Source: an uncultured delta proteobacterium (lineage in GTDB: Bacteria > Desulfobacterota > Desulfomonilia > UBA1062). Taken from it: a DNA stretch of 64,000 nucleotides. This document shows, piece by piece, positions 33,823 through 43,431 of this stretch; the stretch's first letter is position 1; every line of letters starts with the position of its first letter. A model generated the notes under the pieces. The model was not told the origin of the DNA. It worked only from the letters and a program-made list of their open reading frames with translations, and did no database searches. The stretch is from assembly GCA_963785235.1 (NCBI GenBank), contig CAWAUM010000001.1, positions 783,607-847,606 of the forward strand, in the 5' to 3' direction. A program made the translations under genes and the position numbers.

Positions 33823-34284
33823 GTGCGGATAGCTGTTGCATGCGATCATGGCGGATATACCTTGAAGAGCTCCGTAAAGGATGCCCTTGCAGCATCAGGG
33901 GCCGAGGTTGTTGATCTCGGTACAGACACCGCGGAGTCGGTGGACTACCCTGACTTTGCATTTAAGGCCATAAAGCTGCTTCTTGAAAAGCAATGCGAGC
34001 GGGTCATACTCATCTGCGGGACAGGTATAGGCATGTCCATCTTTGCCAACCGCATACCAGGCGTCAGGGGCGCCCTGTGCCATGAAAGTTATGCAGCCCG
34101 TATGTCCAGGCTCCACAACGACTCCAACTGCCTCATCTTGGGAGGTAGGGTTATTGGACCGGGAATAGCCGGCGAGATCATAGATGTATGGATGAAGACA
34201 CCTTTTGAGGGCGGCCGCCATGCGGCAAGGCTCGCAAAGATCGAGGAGCTCTCACAAAGGGTGAAAGACCTGCATGATAAATAG
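33823..34284 (+). CDS. rpiB: Ribose-5-phosphate isomerase B
   Basis: DHGG, DYPD, CGTGIG and FEGGRH. Confidence 0.95.
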   Translation: MRIAVACDHGGYTLKSSVKDALAASGAEVVDLGTDTAESVDYPDFAFKAIKLLLEKQCERVILICGTGIGMSIFANRIPGVRGALCHESYAARMSRLHNDSNCLILGGRVIGPGIAGEIIDVWMKTPFEGGRHAARLAKIEELSQRVKDLHDK

Positions 34285-34294
34285 GAGATAAAAA

Positions 34295-35540
34295 ATGAAC
34301 ATGGAGAATGTGTTGAAGACCGACCCCGAAGTGTATGATTCCATCATGGGTGAGCTGCAGAGGCAGCGCAACAAGCTTGAGCTCATCGCATCCGAGAACA
34401 TCGTAAGCAAGGCCGTGCTCGAGGCCCAGGGCTCTGTCATGACCAACAAGTACGCAGAAGGATACCCTGCCAAGAGATATTACGGCGGGTGCGAATACGT
34501 GGATGTGGCTGAGGATCTCGCCATTGCCAGGGCCAAACAGCTCTTCGGTGCGGACCATGCCAATGTCCAGCCCCACTCGGGCTCCCAGGCCAACATGGCC
34601 GTGTATTTTTCCATACTGGAGCCCGGCGACACCTACCTGGGCATGAGCCTGCCCCATGGCGGCCATCTCTCCATGGGCTCCCCGGTCAACTTTTCAGGAA
34701 AGTTCTACAATGTCGTTGCCTATGGCGTGAGGCCGGACAATCACCTCATCGATTATGACCAGTTGCGGGATCTGGCAAAAAAGAACAAGCCCAAGCTCAT
34801 CATAGCAGGGGCCAGCGCCTACCCCCGTATCATCGAGTACAAGACCTTCAAGGATATAGCAGACGAGGTGGGAGCGTATTTCATGGTGGACATGGCCCAC
34901 ATCGCAGGGCTCATTGCCGCAGGGCTTCACCCGAGCCCGTGCCGTATGCGGATTTCGTCACCACCACCACCCACAAGACGCTGCGAGGACCGAGGGGTGG
35001 CATGGTCCTCTGCAAGGAACAGCATGCCAAGACGATCAACTCAAAGGTCTTTCCCGGGCATGCAGGGCGGACCGCTCATGCATGTTATAGCCGCCAAGGC
35101 CGTGGCATTCAAGGAGGCGCTGAGCCCTGAATTCAAGGTATACCAGACCCAGATCGTGAAGAATGCCAAGGCCATGGCCGATGAGCTCATCTCGTTAGGT
35201 TTCGTCCTTGTATCGGGCGGCACGGACAACCATCTCATGCTTGTGGACCTGACCAATAAGGATGTCACAGGCAAGGACGCCCAGGAGATGCTCGACCTTG
35301 CATGGATCACCGTGAACCGCAACACCATCCCCTTCGAGACCAAGAGCCCCTTTGTGACCTCGGGCATCCGCATCGGGACGCCTGCGCTCACCACCAGGGG
35401 AATGAAAGAAGACGAGATGCGCCAGGTGGCGCGCATGATCGCACAGGGTCATCGAAGCCAAGGGAGATGCCGCCGTGATCGAAAAGGTGAGGAACGAGGT
35501 TGACGAGCTCACCAAGCGCTTTCCCATCTACGAAGGGTGA
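34295..35540 (+). CDS. glyA: Serine hydroxymethyltransferase (about 3 apparent frameshifts)
   Basis: ELIASEN and NKYAEGYP; [13 protein letters not shown] lies in a shifted frame; SGIRIGTPA. Confidence 0.95.
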
Positions 35541-35546
35541 CCTGAC

Positions 35547-36008
35547 ATGCGGTGCCCCAGGTGTTCCGGACTCGAAGATAAGGTGCTGCAGTCCAGAATA
35601 AGCCAGGATGGCATCTCCATCAGGCGCAGGAGGGAGTGCATCACCTGCTCTTACCGCTATACCACCTATGAGCACATCGAGGAATTCATCCCGGTGGTGG
35701 TCAAGAAGGACGGCAGGCGGGAGCCCTTTGACGCGGCCAAGGTGATCTCCGGGATCATGACTGCCTGCGAGAAGCGGCCGGTGAGCATGGAGACCATCGA
35801 GACCGTAAAGGACGCGATTATCCAGGATATCCAGTCCAAATGGGACAGGGAAGTGCCGTCATCCTACATCGGCGAGCGCATCATGGAGGCGTTGCACAAG
35901 CTTGACCCTGTTGCGTATGTCCGTTTTGCATCCGTTTACCGTGAATTCAAGGACGTGAGCGAGTTCATGGATGAGATCAAAGGGCTGCGGAAGACAAAGA
36001 AAAATTGA
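35547..36008 (+). CDS. nrdR: Transcriptional repressor NrdR
   Basis: MRCPRC...IRRRRECITC, an ATP-cone and VAYVRFASVYREFKD. Confidence 0.96.
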   Translation: MRCPRCSGLEDKVLQSRISQDGISIRRRRECITCSYRYTTYEHIEEFIPVVVKKDGRREPFDAAKVISGIMTACEKRPVSMETIETVKDAIIQDIQSKWDREVPSSYIGERIMEALHKLDPVAYVRFASVYREFKDVSEFMDEIKGLRKTKKN

Positions 36009-36089
36009 CGGCTCTTCTTATTGATACACGGATGTTGGTAATAGCTTGATAAATGGACCAGGAATAGGGGTAATGCACAAAAAAATCAG

Positions 36090-36172
36090 CCCGTTAAAAA
36101 AGATCATTTTCCCCTGACGATTTACCATTGATTTATCGATCCTTAAAGGGGAAAATGATCTTTTTTAACGGG
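36090..36172. repeat. Perfect 26-bp inverted repeat with 31-nt loop (MITE-like)
   Basis: CCCGTTAAAAAAGATCATTTTCCCCT...AGGGGAAAATGATCTTTTTTAACGGG. Confidence 0.9.
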
Positions 36173-36238
36173 TCAGGGCGAAGCCCTGCAGAATATTATA
36201 TCCCCGATCAGGCTGAATAGTCATAAGACAAGAGAGCC

Positions 36239-36350
36239 AATTGCAAAAGTCCGAGATTGTCATTCCCGCGAAAGCGGGAATCCAGTCTTTTAAAGAACCA
36301 CTGGACCCCCGCTTTCGCGGGGGTGACGCCATTTATTGAGTTTTGCAATT
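36239..36350. repeat. Nested palindromic element (GTCATTCCCGCG..GCGGGAATCCAG family)
   Basis: GTCATTCCCGCGAAAGCGGGAATCCAG...CTGGACCCCCGCTTTCGCGGGGGTGAC lies inside AATTGCAAAA...TTTTGCAATT. Confidence 0.85.
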
Positions 36351-36404
36351 GCTTCAAGAGATTGCTAAGATGTTGATCTACCATGAATGCGGGTTATTGA
36401 AACA

Positions 36405-37482
36405 ATGAATAAAGACACCACCTACATGAACGAGGCCATTGCCCTTGCAAGGCAAGCTATCGGCAGGACCGCACCCAACCCCAGTGTCGGGTGCCCTAGT
36501 TGTGAAAGACGGCCACATTGTAGGCAGGGGATTCCATCCCAAGGCAGGCAAACCCCATGCCGAGGTCTATGCATTGGAGGAAGCAGGTGATAAAGCCCGG
36601 GGCGCATCGCTCTATGTGACCCTGGAGCCCTGCAACCATTTTGGAAAAACACCGCCCTGCACGGAGGCTATCATAAAGGCAGGCATCTCTCGTGTAGTAG
36701 CGGGAACCCTTGACCCGAATCCCATTGTAGCGGGCAAGGGGATAGAACGGCTCAAGGAAGCAGGCATCATGGTCGATGTGGGTATATGCGAAGAGAAATG
36801 CAATGACCTTATCGAGTGGTATGCCTTCTGGCTCAAGGTCGGCCGGCCGTATGTCATACTGAAGGCCGCCATCACCCTGGATGGTTGTGTCGCCACCACA
36901 ACAGGTGATTCCCAGTGGATCAGCTCGGAGGAATCCAGGCATTATGTGCATGAATTGAGAAACCAGGTGGACGGACTTATAGTGGGCATCGGCACAGTGC
37001 TTAAGGACGACCCGCTGCTTACCTGCCGCATGGAGGGAGGCCGGGACCCCATGCGGATCATCCTGGACCCGCAACTACATATATCCCCAGGGTGCGAAGT
37101 GCCTGGGCCATGGCTCGCTCGTGTTTACCACCAAATCACCGGCTGCCGGGCAGGGAATAATTGAGCACGGCACGGAAACCGTGCAGATGGAGACAGATGC
37201 CTCTGGCCTGCTTCCCTGGGCCTCAGTGCTTGAACATCTCGGGAAGATGGGCCTCCACTGTGTCATGGTGGAGGGCGGCAGCGGGGTTTACTCGAGTCTG
37301 CTGAAAAGCGGACTTGTGGACAGGCTGCTCTTTTTCATCGCACCCAGGATCCTTGGCGGAGGCTTGCCCTTGGTAGACTGGGGCTCTCCTGAGCAGGATT
37401 GCGGATTCCTTGAAGATCGTGATAACAAAGGTTAACCTTATCAGGCGGGGATATCCTCGTGGAAGGTACACTGGGGGAATAA
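36405..37482 (+). CDS. ribD: Riboflavin biosynthesis deaminase/reductase (several apparent frameshifts)
   Basis: PNPSVG, PHAEV, TLEPCNH..KTPPC, SQWISS and MVEGG, spread over several frames. Confidence 0.92.
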
Positions 37483-37483
37483 T

Positions 37484-38128
37484 ATGTTCACCGGGATCAT
37501 CGAGTCGGTGGGGAAAATCATTTCCAAGCAGCCTTATGGGCAAGGCCTCGAGCTCAAGATAGATACGGGGATTGATCTGTCCGGCGATGCCATTGGTGAC
37601 AGCGTTGCCGTGGACGGGGTGTGCCTTACCATTACCAGGATGAAAGGCAATGTCTTTTTTGCACAGGCATCTGCCGAGACCATCACACGCTCCACCCTGG
37701 GAGATATGAGACCCGGCGCCAAGGTGAATATCGAACGGGCCCTTACCCTCTCATCGCGGCTTGGCGGGCATATTGTCCTGGGCCATGTGGATACGGTGGG
37801 CAAAATCCTCCAGAAAGACCTTGCAGGCGAGTCAATACGAATCAAGGTGGGCTTCGAGCGGGCATATGCAAAGTATGTGATAGAGAAGGGGTCCATAGCC
37901 ATAGACGGCGTTTCGCTTACCATTAATGAAGTATATAAGGATGCATTTACCGTGAACATAATAGAGCACACGGCCCAATCCACTTCCTTGACACCCAAAT
38001 CCCCGGGTGATAGGGTGAACCTCGAATTCGACGTACTGGGTAAGTACGTGGAAAGCCTGCTGAATAAGGATACGGGCATGAGCCTGAAAGACCTTCTCAC
38101 AAAGCAGGGTTTTCTCAAAAGGGAGTAG
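37484..38128 (+). CDS. ribE: Riboflavin synthase alpha chain
   Basis: MFTGIIE, GDSVAVDGVCLT and GGHIVLGHVD. Confidence 0.96.
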   Translation: MFTGIIESVGKIISKQPYGQGLELKIDTGIDLSGDAIGDSVAVDGVCLTITRMKGNVFFAQASAETITRSTLGDMRPGAKVNIERALTLSSRLGGHIVLGHVDTVGKILQKDLAGESIRIKVGFERAYAKYVIEKGSIAIDGVSLTINEVYKDAFTVNIIEHTAQSTSLTPKSPGDRVNLEFDVLGKYVESLLNKDTGMSLKDLLTKQGFLKRE

Positions 38129-38134
38129 ATTCAA

Positions 38135-39338
38135 ATGCCTACGTGTACCGTGGAAGAAGCCATCAAAGATCTGCTGCAGGGAAAAATGATCATCCTCGTG
38201 GATGATGAAGACCGGGAGAACGAGGGAGACCTCACCATGGCGGCCGAGTTTATCACTGCGGACGCCATCAATTTCATGACAAAATACGGACGCGGCCTGG
38301 TGTGCCTGGCCCTTGGACTCTCATATCGCGGACAGGCTTGACCTGCAACCCATGGTCAGGGACAACACGAGCAAGTTCGGGACAGGATTCACCGTATCCA
38401 TCGAGGCAAAAAAAGGTGTGACCACAGGCATCTCTGCCGCCGACAGGGCCGTGACCATCAGAACCGCCATTGCCCCGGACTCCAAGGCGGATGACCTGGC
38501 CCGGCCTGGCCATATTTTTCCTTTGCGGGCCAAATCGGGCGGAACGCTCGTCCGCACCGGACAGACCGAGGGCTCGGTAGACCTGTGCAGGATGGCAGGG
38601 CTCAGGTCCGGCGCTGTCATCTGTGAGATCATGAATGATGACGGTACCATGGCCCGCAGGCCCCAGCTTGAGGAATTCGCTGTTACGCATGGTTTAAAGA
38701 TCTGCACTATCGCCGATATCATTGCCTACCGCATCAGGAACGAGATCCTGGTGCGTGAGGTAGTCCGCGCAAAGCTCCCCACGGAATTCGGCATCTTCGA
38801 GCTTGTGGGGTTTGACAATGACATAGACGACAAGGAGCATATAGCCCTGGTCAAGGGGGATATAACCCCGGATGAGCCTGTACTGGTCCGTGTGCACTCC
38901 GAGTGCCTCACCGGAGACATGTTCCATTCCGTGCGCTGCGACTGCGGCGACCAGCTCCACCGGGCCATGGAGATGATCGAGGAAGAAGGCAAGGGTATCA
39001 TCGTGTATATGCGCCAGGAAGGCCGCGGCATCGGCCTAATCAACAAGCTCAGGGCCTACCACCTGCAGGACAAGGGCAGGGACACGGTGGAGGCCAACAT
39101 AGAACTGGGTTTTGCCCCGGATTTGAGAGACTACGGCATCGGCGCGCAGATCCTCGTGTACCTGGGGGTGCGCAAGATGAAACTCATGACCAACAACCCC
39201 AAGAAGATCATCGGGCTCGAGGGCTATGGCCTAGAGATCGTGGAGCGGATCTCAATCGAGATCCCACCCACGAAGGAAAACAAGAAATACCTCAAGACCA
39301 AGAGGGATAAGATGGGACACATTCTGGAGGTGGTATAG
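38135..39338 (+). CDS. ribBA: DHBP synthase / GTP cyclohydrolase II (frameshift near 38320)
   Basis: [21 protein letters not shown] and RCDCGDQL. Confidence 0.95.
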
Positions 39339-39803
39339 ATGGCGCATGTCATTGAAGGCAAACTACTCGGCAAGGGCAAGAAAGTCGCTATCGTAGCGAG
39401 CCGGTTCAACGACTTCATCACCGCACGGCTCATGGAAGGGGCGCTGGACGCACTCAACCGGCACGGGGTAGCGGAAAAGGATATCACCATCTACAAAGTC
39501 CCCGGCGCATTCGAGATCCCATCGGTGGCAGGACGGCTGGCAACAAGCGCCAGTACGGATGGCATTATCTGCCTTGGTGCCGTCATCAGGGGCTCCACCC
39601 CGCACTTCGACTATGTAGCCTCCGAGGTGAGCAAGGGCATTGCCCATGTGGGACTGGGTGCCAAGATCCCGGTGATCTTCGGCGTGCTCACCACCGACAC
39701 CATAGAGCAGGCCATCGAGCGGGCAGGAACGAAGTCGGGCAATAAGGGATTTGATGCCGGCATGGCACTCCTTGAGATGATGGATCTCTTTTCCCAGATC
39801 TGA
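39339..39803 (+). CDS. ribH: Lumazine synthase
   Basis: VPGAFEIP and [14 protein letters not shown]. Confidence 0.97.
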   Translation: MAHVIEGKLLGKGKKVAIVASRFNDFITARLMEGALDALNRHGVAEKDITIYKVPGAFEIPSVAGRLATSASTDGIICLGAVIRGSTPHFDYVASEVSKGIAHVGLGAKIPVIFGVLTTDTIEQAIERAGTKSGNKGFDAGMALLEMMDLFSQI

Positions 39804-39811
39804 CGTCATCC

Positions 39812-40228
39812 ATGAAGCAAAGGACCCGGGCACGAGAGGTAGCCCTGCAATATCTCTACCAGATCGACATCACCAGCAGCCACACGGAAAAGACGCTTGC
39901 CGACTTCTTCAAACACTTTGTCGAGGACAAGGACAAGGAACTTGTCCCCTATGCAAAGGAGCTGGCTGAGGGGGTGTGCGAGTATCTGCCCCAGATCGAT
40001 ATCCTCATTGAGAAGGCCTCACAGAATTGGAAGGTGAGCCGCATGTCCACCACGGACCGGAACATCCTGCGCATCGCCACCTATGAGATAGCTTATCGCA
40101 AAGACGTCCCCTACAAGGTGGCCATCAACGAGGCCATCGAGATTGCCAAACGTTTCGGTTCATCGCGCTTCCCCTCCTTTGCCAACGGTGTGCTGGACAA
40201 GATCTGGAACGAGATAGCTGCTGAATAA
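39812..40228 (+). CDS. nusB: Transcription antitermination factor NusB
   Basis: RTRAREVALQYLY, DRNILR, INEAIEIAK and FANGVLD. Confidence 0.96.
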   Translation: MKQRTRAREVALQYLYQIDITSSHTEKTLADFFKHFVEDKDKELVPYAKELAEGVCEYLPQIDILIEKASQNWKVSRMSTTDRNILRIATYEIAYRKDVPYKVAINEAIEIAKRFGSSRFPSFANGVLDKIWNEIAAE

Positions 40229-40327
40229 GTACCTTACAGCATAAGACCCATAGCGAGCATTGAATCGTTTATTAAATATGTATGTTAAACCAAGATGTTG
40301 CGCTTAAGATGAGTAAAAAAAACTTGA

Positions 40328-40412
40328 TCCGTTAAAAACCTCAATCTTGCAGCCTTTGCGGGATAATAATTTTCTCGGTCCTTTAGGCTGCAAGATTGAG
40401 GTTTTTAACGGA
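40328..40412. repeat. Perfect 28-bp inverted repeat with 29-nt loop (MITE-like, related to 36090)
   Basis: TCCGTTAAAAACCTCAATCTTGCAGCCT...AGGCTGCAAGATTGAGGTTTTTAACGGA. Confidence 0.9.
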
Positions 40413-40471
40413 CCTGTTTTAAAAATAATCCAAGGTAACTATACGTTTTATACTAATCCGAAATCCGGGTA

Positions 40472-41178
40472 CTACTTGATAAGCCCCTGTACCTTGGCGC
40501 GTTCTACAATGATTCCGCGTTGCTTGCTGCCGGTAATATCGAGCGTACGGGCCTGGACCAGGGTAAGGTCTATGCGGTCGAGCAGGGAATTCGTGATGTG
40601 AACCTCCTCCATAGACAGCCCCGGCCAGGGAAGTAAGCGAGAGGTTCGACTTGTTCAGCGAGGTGCGCACGATATAGGAAAGCCCGAAATTTGCTTCCGT
40701 AAGGTCACATTCGTCAAGGGTGCAGTTTTCTATGAGGCAGAAGAGGAACTTCGCCTGCTGCAGTTGGGCGCCTGTGAGGTCGAGGTTCTTGAAGGTGGAG
40801 TGGATGAAGGTTGCCCCTGAAAGCTTTGTCTTTCGAAGCTCTTTGTCTACGATGGTGACACGGATGAGATGGCTGTTCATAAAGGCCACCCTGCTCAGGG
40901 TGCATGTGCTGAAATCAACATCATGAATCGTCACATCCGAAAGGTGGGCGCCCGAGAGATTCGTGTTCTTGAAGATCGTACCTTCAAGCTTTGTCCTCTC
41001 CAGGTGAGACTCCTCCAGGTTGGTATCGGTAAGGTTCGCCTTGCTCAAGATCCGAGCCCCTCAGATTGGCACCACCCAGGTCCAGGCCCGACAGGTCGAG
41101 CCCCTTGAGGTATTCTCCCTCAACGGGATAACCCATGGATATTTTCTCAAAGAGTTTGTCTCTGTCAAACATGTTCAT
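40472..41178 (-). CDS. Pentapeptide-repeat protein (apparent frameshifts near 41045 and 40612)
   Basis: LDLSGLDLGGANLRG and ANLTD TNLEE SHLER repeats; the reconstructed C-terminus is ...AKVQGLIK*. Confidence 0.8.
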
Positions 41179-42602
41179 TCGCCGGACTCCAGGATTTTCT
41201 TCACCTCAGGGGCCATGGTGAACTCGGACTCTTTGATCTCTCCGTCCTTCAGATAGAAATGCACCCCGGATTTGGTACCTGTAATTGTCATACTCGTCAT
41301 GCCGATGTTGATATCCGTCTGATCGTATACCGTACCCTCGATGTAGATGTTGCCCTGGTGGGTCTGGTGGATTTTTTCTACGATCTCGATGATTTTTGCA
41401 TTCTGTTCGTTGAGTATCCTGCGAATTGTCCCCATGCCGTCTAAGATCTTGTTATACAGGGCTTCCTGCTGGCGGCTCAGTTCGCTGGTGGCTTTCAATA
41501 CCCTCAATTTCGCCAGGGAAGACTGGAATCTGATAAATTCCTGGATCCTTTCCAAGATCTCTTCCTTCATCTGCTGCTGTTCACGGTGAAGGACCGGGCT
41601 GCGCCCGATACTGAGCACTGTCTTTTCATCGGCAGTCTCCTGGCCGGCAGTGTGGCAATAGACGCAGCTGTCGGAGGATACCTGGCTTGTTGTGATGAAC
41701 CCGTTCGGGCTTTTAATAATTACCGGACCAATGGCAGAGACCAGGCTGTTGCGGATATAGCCCTCAACCACGATCTCTTTGTCCGATCTCACATGGGCAT
41801 CCTGGATGAACTTGGCATGGATCATGCCCTTTGCGGTTATTATAGCCTCTTCCTGGCCCATAATGCCGCCGGCGATTTTGATGTTTCCTCCGGCCTCCAG
41901 CACCACCTTACCCACCGTAGTGGCGATAGTGATATCTTCGGCGGCGTGGATTTCATAGCCGTCACCAACCTCTCCCTGGACTACGACAGACCCGTTGAAC
42001 CGGATGTTGCCTACAGAGGCATCCACATCATGCACCACATAGGATGGTTCCACATTCACGGCATTTTCCAGCCAGACCACCATTCCATCAATGGCGGCAA
42101 ATATCTGGTTCCTGTCGGCCGAGTAGGTCACGTTCTTTGCGCCTGGAAGTTTTGCATTTACCCCCGGTTTGCCGGGGATCTCTTCGCCCTTCACGTTCAT
42201 GCCGGGCTTGCCCGGCTGTTGATTGATAAGTTCGCAAAGTGCATCACCCTTCTTCACGTTCTGGATAAGATGCAGGTCTTTCAGGTTCACCTTGCCGGAG
42301 GCATCTTCTTTGATGGTCGCCTTTGCACGGCTGGTGTCGAAGTGAAATTTGATATAACCGTCTTTCCCTTGTTCAGGTCCCTGTCCCCTGGCAATGACTA
42401 CCCACTGGTTTATGGCCTTATCCTTGACGATCTGATCGACTACCCCGGGTATAAGTCCGAAGGTGATCCCCTCGTTATTGATGGCCGCAAGAAGGTCTTC
42501 AACCGTGACGTTGGCCGTTTCGGGCGATGAAGTCACGACCTGCAAGGATGCACTCAGTCCTCCCTCGGTAATGTTGAACGCTACAGAATAATCCTTATCC
42601 AT
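41175..42602 (-). CDS. FapA/DUF342 family protein
   Basis: VIARGQGPEQGKDG, GKVNLKDL..IQNVKKGD and DVDASVGNIRFNGSVVVQGEV. The probable start is MDKDY at 42602. Confidence 0.88.
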   Translation of the reverse strand: MDKDYSVAFNITEGGLSASLQVVTSSPETANVTVEDLLAAINNEGITFGLIPGVVDQIVKDKAINQWVVIARGQGPEQGKDGYIKFHFDTSRAKATIKEDASGKVNLKDLHLIQNVKKGDALCELINQQPGKPGMNVKGEEIPGKPGVNAKLPGAKNVTYSADRNQIFAAIDGMVVWLENAVNVEPSYVVHDVDASVGNIRFNGSVVVQGEVGDGYEIHAAEDITIATTVGKVVLEAGGNIKIAGGIMGQEEAIITAKGMIHAKFIQDAHVRSDKEIVVEGYIRNSLVSAIGPVIIKSPNGFITTSQVSSDSCVYCHTAGQETADEKTVLSIGRSPVLHREQQQMKEEILERIQEFIRFQSSLAKLRVLKATSELSRQQEALYNKILDGMGTIRRILNEQNAKIIEIVEKIHQTHQGNIYIEGTVYDQTDINIGMTSMTITGTKSGVHFYLKDGEIKESEFTMAPEVKKILESGE

Positions 42603-42771
42603 TAATGATGAACTCGGCTTTTTATCCTGAAAACTTAAAAAATAGTGAGGTGATATCCTAAGGGTAAATCTCCTCCCGAAAGATTGCAGACAGTCCTTCT
42701 TTTTTCTTGACTGGCAGGTATACGTCCCGTACTTGAAATGCGAGGTATACACTACAAGGATGAGGTGTAAG

Positions 42772-43431
42772 ATGAATGTCCGCGATATTGACGCCCTTGC
42801 CATCAAGGGATTCCTTGATGCAAAGGAGGGTAAGGCTCTCTACGGGCTCGCCCTTGGTGCAAGCTCACGCGGGCCTGTGCTCGAAATCGGAGGTTACTGC
42901 GGGAAATCAACCCTTTACCTGGGCCTTGCATGCAAAAAGAACAACGGCATCCTGTATTCCATTGACCATCACAGGGGTTCTGAGGAACAGCAGCCGGGCC
43001 AGGAGTTTTTCGACCCCGAGCTCTTCGACGACAGAGAAGGGAAGATGGACACCTTCCGGACCTTTCGCAGGACCATCGAGCTCTCAGGCCTGTCGGATAC
43101 GGTGGTGCCCATGGTGACCACCTCTGCTGTGGCGGCACGCATGTGGTCCACACCCCTTTCCATGGTCTTTATCGATGGCTCTCACACCTATCCGGGGGCC
43201 TTCTCGGATTATGTCTCGTGGTCACCGCTCCTTTTGAGCGGCGGCATCCTGGCTATCCACGATATCTTTGAAGACCCGGCCGCAGGCGGCCAGGCGCCTC
43301 ACTATATCTATAAACTGGCGCTGGACTCAGGTTTGTATGAGGAGCTGCCCATGGTCAAGACCCTTGGGGTGTTGAAGAGGCGCAGGCCTGTAGATATACC
43401 CAAGGAGCTCTTTTCAAAACGCGATTGGTAG
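42772..43431 (+). CDS. Class I SAM methyltransferase (Methyltransf_24-like)
   Basis: KGFL..KEG..L, LEIGGYCGKST, SIDHHRGSEEQQPG, FIDGSH and IHD. Confidence 0.88.
   Translation: MNVRDIDALAIKGFLDAKEGKALYGLALGASSRGPVLEIGGYCGKSTLYLGLACKKNNGILYSIDHHRGSEEQQPGQEFFDPELFDDREGKMDTFRTFRRTIELSGLSDTVVPMVTTSAVAARMWSTPLSMVFIDGSHTYPGAFSDYVSWSPLLLSGGILAIHDIFEDPAAGGQAPHYIYKLALDSGLYEELPMVKTLGVLKRRRPVDIPKELFSKRDW

Noticed and set aside
36008-36404. Possible FMN riboswitch ahead of ribD
   Set aside because: No RFN core motifs; the structure is explained by palindromic repeats.
31556-39338. Programmed ribosomal frameshifting or pseudogenes in fab, gly and rib genes
   Set aside because: I saw no shared slippery motif, and there are several breaks per essential gene; sequencing error is more parsimonious.
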